Below are positions 59,973 to 64,000 of a stretch of 64,000 nucleotides of DNA, in pieces. The notes under the pieces were generated by a model, which saw only the letters and a program-made list of their open reading frames with translations, was not told the DNA's origin and did not search any database. Both the position numbers and the translations under genes were made by a program. The stretch's first letter is position 1. Each line of letters begins with the position of its first letter. The stretch covers positions 3,803,455 to 3,867,454 of the forward strand of contig OZ316899.1 in the NCBI GenBank assembly GCA_973895155.1. Reading direction: 5' to 3'. Source of the DNA: Marsupella aquatica. Lineage: Eukaryota > Plantae > Marchantiophyta.

Positions 59973-62900
59973 AACCAATATGTACAATCTGATATTGGGG
60001 TCATATCACGAGCTATGCGACAACACATTGTTGAGGCCATGGTGGCCAACCATGGGCATGATGGAGGGATGCAAGAGGATGATGTACAACATGAGGGTGA
60101 TAATCCTACTCAAGCACATCTGGATGAGGAGAGGGCCATGGATGAGCTCATGGACCAATTTTATGATGATGATGTTGATATTGGTATGGAGGATATGGGT
60201 ACAACTGATGACAACACCACTCATCCACAACCTTCTAGGGGGGGACAGAACAAGGATTGGGAGGAGGCTCAACGTCATGCTTGTACTCGCATATTTGAGG
60301 GTAGCACCTTATCTCGGCTGTCCGCAGTAATGTTGTTGCTGAATGTGCAGCAAAGACATGGGGTCAACAACCTACTTTTGGATGATGTTTTTTGTACCTT
60401 GCATGATCGTATTTTGCCACCAGGCAATACCATGCCAGCCTCTTGGAAGGAGGCAAAACAAGTGTTGAAGTCCATTGGCCTCAAGTATGTAGTGATACAT
60501 GCATGTGTGAATGATTGCATTCTTTTTAGGGGGGAGCATGAGAATGCAACTGCATGTCCTAAGTGTGAGAAGCCGCGCTACCGTGATGACATGTTGACAG
60601 GGAAGGTGCCTCAAAAGGTTATGCGATACTTTCCTCTCATCCCCCGATTGCAACATCAGTACCGTTGTGCAGAGTTAGCTGAGTACATGGTATGGCACTC
60701 AAAGAATTGTTCTGATATGGCTACGAACTCTAGTGCCATGCGGATGATGGTTGACTCTCCTGCCAATCGATTTGTTGAGGGCAGATGGGGGGAGTTCAGC
60801 ACTGAACCATGACATGTTCGCCTTGGCTTGGCAGCTGATGGTATCAGCCCTTTTGCATTGGCGGGTAAAGCAAAACCATATTCAGTATGGCCAGTAGTTT
60901 TGACTAACTACAATATCCCTCCATGGATGGCCATGAAGAAAGGTCATTTATTGCTCTCCATGATCATCCCGGGTCCTAAGCAAGTAAAAAAGATTGACAT
61001 CTACTTGCAACCATTGATTGATGAGCTTTTGCAACTGTGGAGAGGAGTGGATTGTTATGATGGACGTCGCAATACAGGAGGTGTACCTCGTGTGTTTACC
61101 CTCAAGGCCATCCTTATGTGGACCATGCATGACCTACCAGGTATGACCTGGTAAACCTTAGCTTATTTCCTTGATGTACGACCTTAAATTTAGTGTGCAT
61201 TAACCTTAATTATTTCATAATTGGCTGGTTGTATATGGGCTTGGTACAGGGTTTGGGTATATCTCTGGATTGCAAACATCAGGCTATCGAGCTTGCCCTT
61301 CATGCGGACCGGATTTAGAGGGAGTGGCAAGACGCAAGTCAAGTACTTTGCGTAAGATAGTTTACATTGGTCATACCAAATATCTTCCAGCAGACCATCC
61401 TTGGAGGAGTGATCATTTCTTGTATGACACTGATGAGGGCCAACCTGATACTCGTCCTCAACCTCAGCGAAAGGATCCAACATATTGGAGAGAGGTATGG
61501 GAGAGAGTTCAAGACCCTGATGATCCATTACAGTTTCTCCGATGTGGCATGACCCGTTTATCTGCATTGTCATAGTTGCCATATTGGTCAAAGATGCCCA
61601 TTAATCACTTGTTGGATGCAATGCACATTGAGGGAAATGTGGGGAGATCATTGATTTGTCATCTATATGGGGAGAAGAACCACAACTGGAGAGAAAGTTG
61701 TGAGGAGATGGGGATGCATGGTCTTTTGGGTTTTTGGCCATCTTTGGACCCCCCTGGTGATCCCCCTAGCATCCATCCTCCTTGGGTTTTGACCAGGGCA
61801 GAGTGCATAGAGTTTTGCAGACGGATTGGGTCAATGAGGTTTCCCATAGGTTATGGTGCCAATCTTCGTAAGGCATTTGGGGGGGATGATTCTTCAAAAT
61901 GGCCATCGTACCTGAAAACACATGATTATCATCGGTTACTAGAACATGTCATTCCAGTTGCAATTATTGGATTGGGTAGTGAGGAACTTTGTGATGCTCT
62001 TTGGTCATTGGGCAAGTTTTTGAGATGGGTATGTCAGAAGGAGTTACCAGAGGATGACATTGCTGCGATGGAGATATTTGGAGTAGAGATTGTTTGCAAG
62101 TTGGAGAAGGCACTTCCACCCTCATTCTTTGATGGTCAGGTTCATTTCCTCATACATTTAGTGCGCGAGGTAGCAATTGCAGGCCCGGTACATTGTCGAT
62201 GGATGTATTGGGTAGAGCATTATATGGGGGTGATGAAGTCATATGTCTCTAATCGGGCTAGGGTGGAAGGTAGCATTGCAGAGCGTCATCTTGGAGCAGA
62301 GAGTATGTTTGATTGTACAAACATAGTTGCCACACTAGATCCAAGGACACCTAGGGGATGGATAGATGAGGTGACACGAAAGGCAGACTATGAGGATGAT
62401 AGACTCACTGGGGCATCAGGAGAGCGTGGCTTAGGCTCAGCAGAGCGTTTGCAACTTACAACATTTATGTTGTATAACTCACCAGAGGTTGTAGGGGAGT
62501 GGACAACATTTTATGAGGAGGAGAAGCAAAATAGTCGACGGCCACGGTTGTTTCCCAAGTTTCATCCATACATGAAATCAAAGTTGTTAGAAGTGGATGC
62601 CTTGGTGGGTACCGGAGACAGTATATTACATTACCCACAAGTGACTGATAAGCTTCGTACCTTGGTTCATGGTCCATTGCTTAAAGTCACGACTCGGACA
62701 GCAATGTGGTCAAAGGGGAGGCATTTCCGTGTGGAATGACTTGATGAGAAGAGAGCAGCTACACAAGATTGTGGGGTGATGGGTTGGTTCACCCAGGATT
62801 CCCAGAGTAGCACGTCGGACATGAACCCCATTCGCTCCACCGTGGCCCATTATGGGAAGATTGATGAGATCCTGACAGTGAAGTACCATGCACATACTAC

Positions 62901-63207
62901 TTTGGAGGAGGTGGTATTTAAGTGCAAATGGTTCAAGATGAATCTTGTAGGCAACAATCGAACATGTGAAGATGATGCATGCGGATTTACCCGTTTGAAG
63001 ACATCTGCAAATAGTGTCATTAGTTCCAATTGAAGGTCCTCAGATCCCTTTGCCTTCCCACATCACCTTGAGCAGTGCTTTTACCTACCCTATCCAAAGG
63101 ACCTCCAATTGCCATATATCCCTAGATCAAGGTCTATAGTCCAAGAGAGACCCAATGTTGTTGTAGTGGAAGACAACGACATCCCCGACCCTCCACAAGC
63201 TAGTTAG
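59973..63207 (+). pseudogene. CACTA Tnp2/TnpD-like transposase (Transposase_21, DUF4218, DUF4216-like regions)
   Basis: IHACVNDCILF...CPKC, RYFPLIPRL, LGLAADGISPF, WPVVLTNYNIPPW, HDLPG, LDAMHIEGNV, FFDGQVHFLIHL, GPVHCRWMYWVEHYMGVMK, FKCKWF. Intron 61141-61249; four in-frame stops (60810, 61573, 62737, 63031) and no frameshift. Confidence 0.95.
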
Positions 63208-63419
63208 TACATTTTGTATGTAGCTAGGGCCCCCCGCAACCACACCACCTTCATGTTTTTTTTAATCGGCAATATAAAAGTTGGCATCATTACTTCTTTA
63301 ATTGTCATGGTATGCACATGCCCAAAATCTCTTGGTTATATATAGAAGCGACCTTACCTTATATACCCTTCCTAAGAACCCCCCCCCGCCTTATGTCCCA
63401 TTGACCGTCCCATGAAAAA

Positions 63420-63900
63420 ACCATCGGATTTCCATCGAACCTTCTAAAAACAAAAACCAGACTTTCCGATACTCCCAACTACGGACTATTCCATATAAAA
63501 CCCATCGGACACACATTTTTGATCCTCTCCACAACGGACGCCTTTTCCTCCTTTGTTGATGAGGTATCCGATCCAACATCCGACGGACAATGTCCGACAT
63601 AACCTTTTACGCACAAACTATGCAATCCTAAATCCAACGGACACAAACATCCGATGCATTCCGTGACGGTCCTAGTCCGATACAACTACCAACGCAAACA
63701 TCTTGCGATGCATTAAGGTTTAGATGTATTATGCGGTCATTGCGACATAGTTTTCGATATGTTTATTGTCGGACAATGTCCGATAGTAATAAGATGGGAC
63801 AACGTATGCGATGGGCTTTACATTGGAATGTGGAGGTCCGATGGGATCAGGATCGGAAAATACGTTGCGGGGCACATCGGATATTGTCCGAAGTGTTCGG
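63420..63900. repeat. Right subterminal TCCGAT/ATCGGA repeat field of the CACTA
   Basis: More than ten copies, mirroring the left field. Confidence 0.85.
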
Positions 63901-64000
63901 AATCGAATGGGTGAAGTTTGGCTCGAAAGGAGTATCAAAAAACCGCCAAAAATGTACTGGTGTCTACCCCAAAAAAACATTTGGTGGGATGTAGCTTGAG

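Larger units (their letters stand above)
54175..63962 (+). mobile_element. Complete CACTA (En/Spm) DNA transposon, 9788 bp
   Basis: Left TIR CACTAGTACATTTT (54175-54188); right TIR AAAATGTACTGGTG (63949-63962, one mismatch); TSD TCT at 54172-54174 and 63963-63965; subterminal TCCGA(T/C)/(A/G)TCGGA repeats; Tnp2 domains. Confidence 0.97.

Noticed and set aside
59764-60330. 188-aa ORF containing IYIYIY
   Set aside because: It runs through the (AT)n microsatellite and overlaps the SET and Tnp2 frames.

Overview
Eukaryotic, intron-containing, transposon-saturated DNA. The protein families look like those of a non-seed land plant (bryophyte, lycophyte or fern); this is inference, as the sequence cannot name the species. 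I see no rRNA, tRNA, CRISPR array or recognisable housekeeping gene. The window is a nested stack of mobile elements: (1) Ty3/Gypsy remnants and solo LTRs of several families, including a 1.48-kb family with AGT...ACT ends present three times; (2) an L1-type LINE RT fragment; (3) two divergent copies (about 15.4-32.8 kb and 42.3-48.4 kb) of a Mutator-like (MULE) unit, in which a WRKY/GCM1-DDE-SWIM transposase gene sits head-to-head with a 4-intron gene encoding a ParB/sulfiredoxin-like domain plus a beta-class N6/N4 amino-methyltransferase fold, accompanied by a dispersed palindrome (TAGCGAGNTCGCTA); (4) a 10-kb island of orphan genes, a MITE and a truncated P-element-like transposase; (5) a complete 9.8-kb CACTA element (54175-63962, TSD TCT) carrying an uninterrupted SET-domain exon spliced in frame to the transposase-associated N-terminal exon. 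Nearly all transposon genes are pseudogenised, mostly by stops compatible with C-to-T transitions. The best candidates for an undescribed system are the two DNA transposons carrying chromatin or DNA-modifier cargo. All domain calls come from motif recognition by eye; no database search was run.
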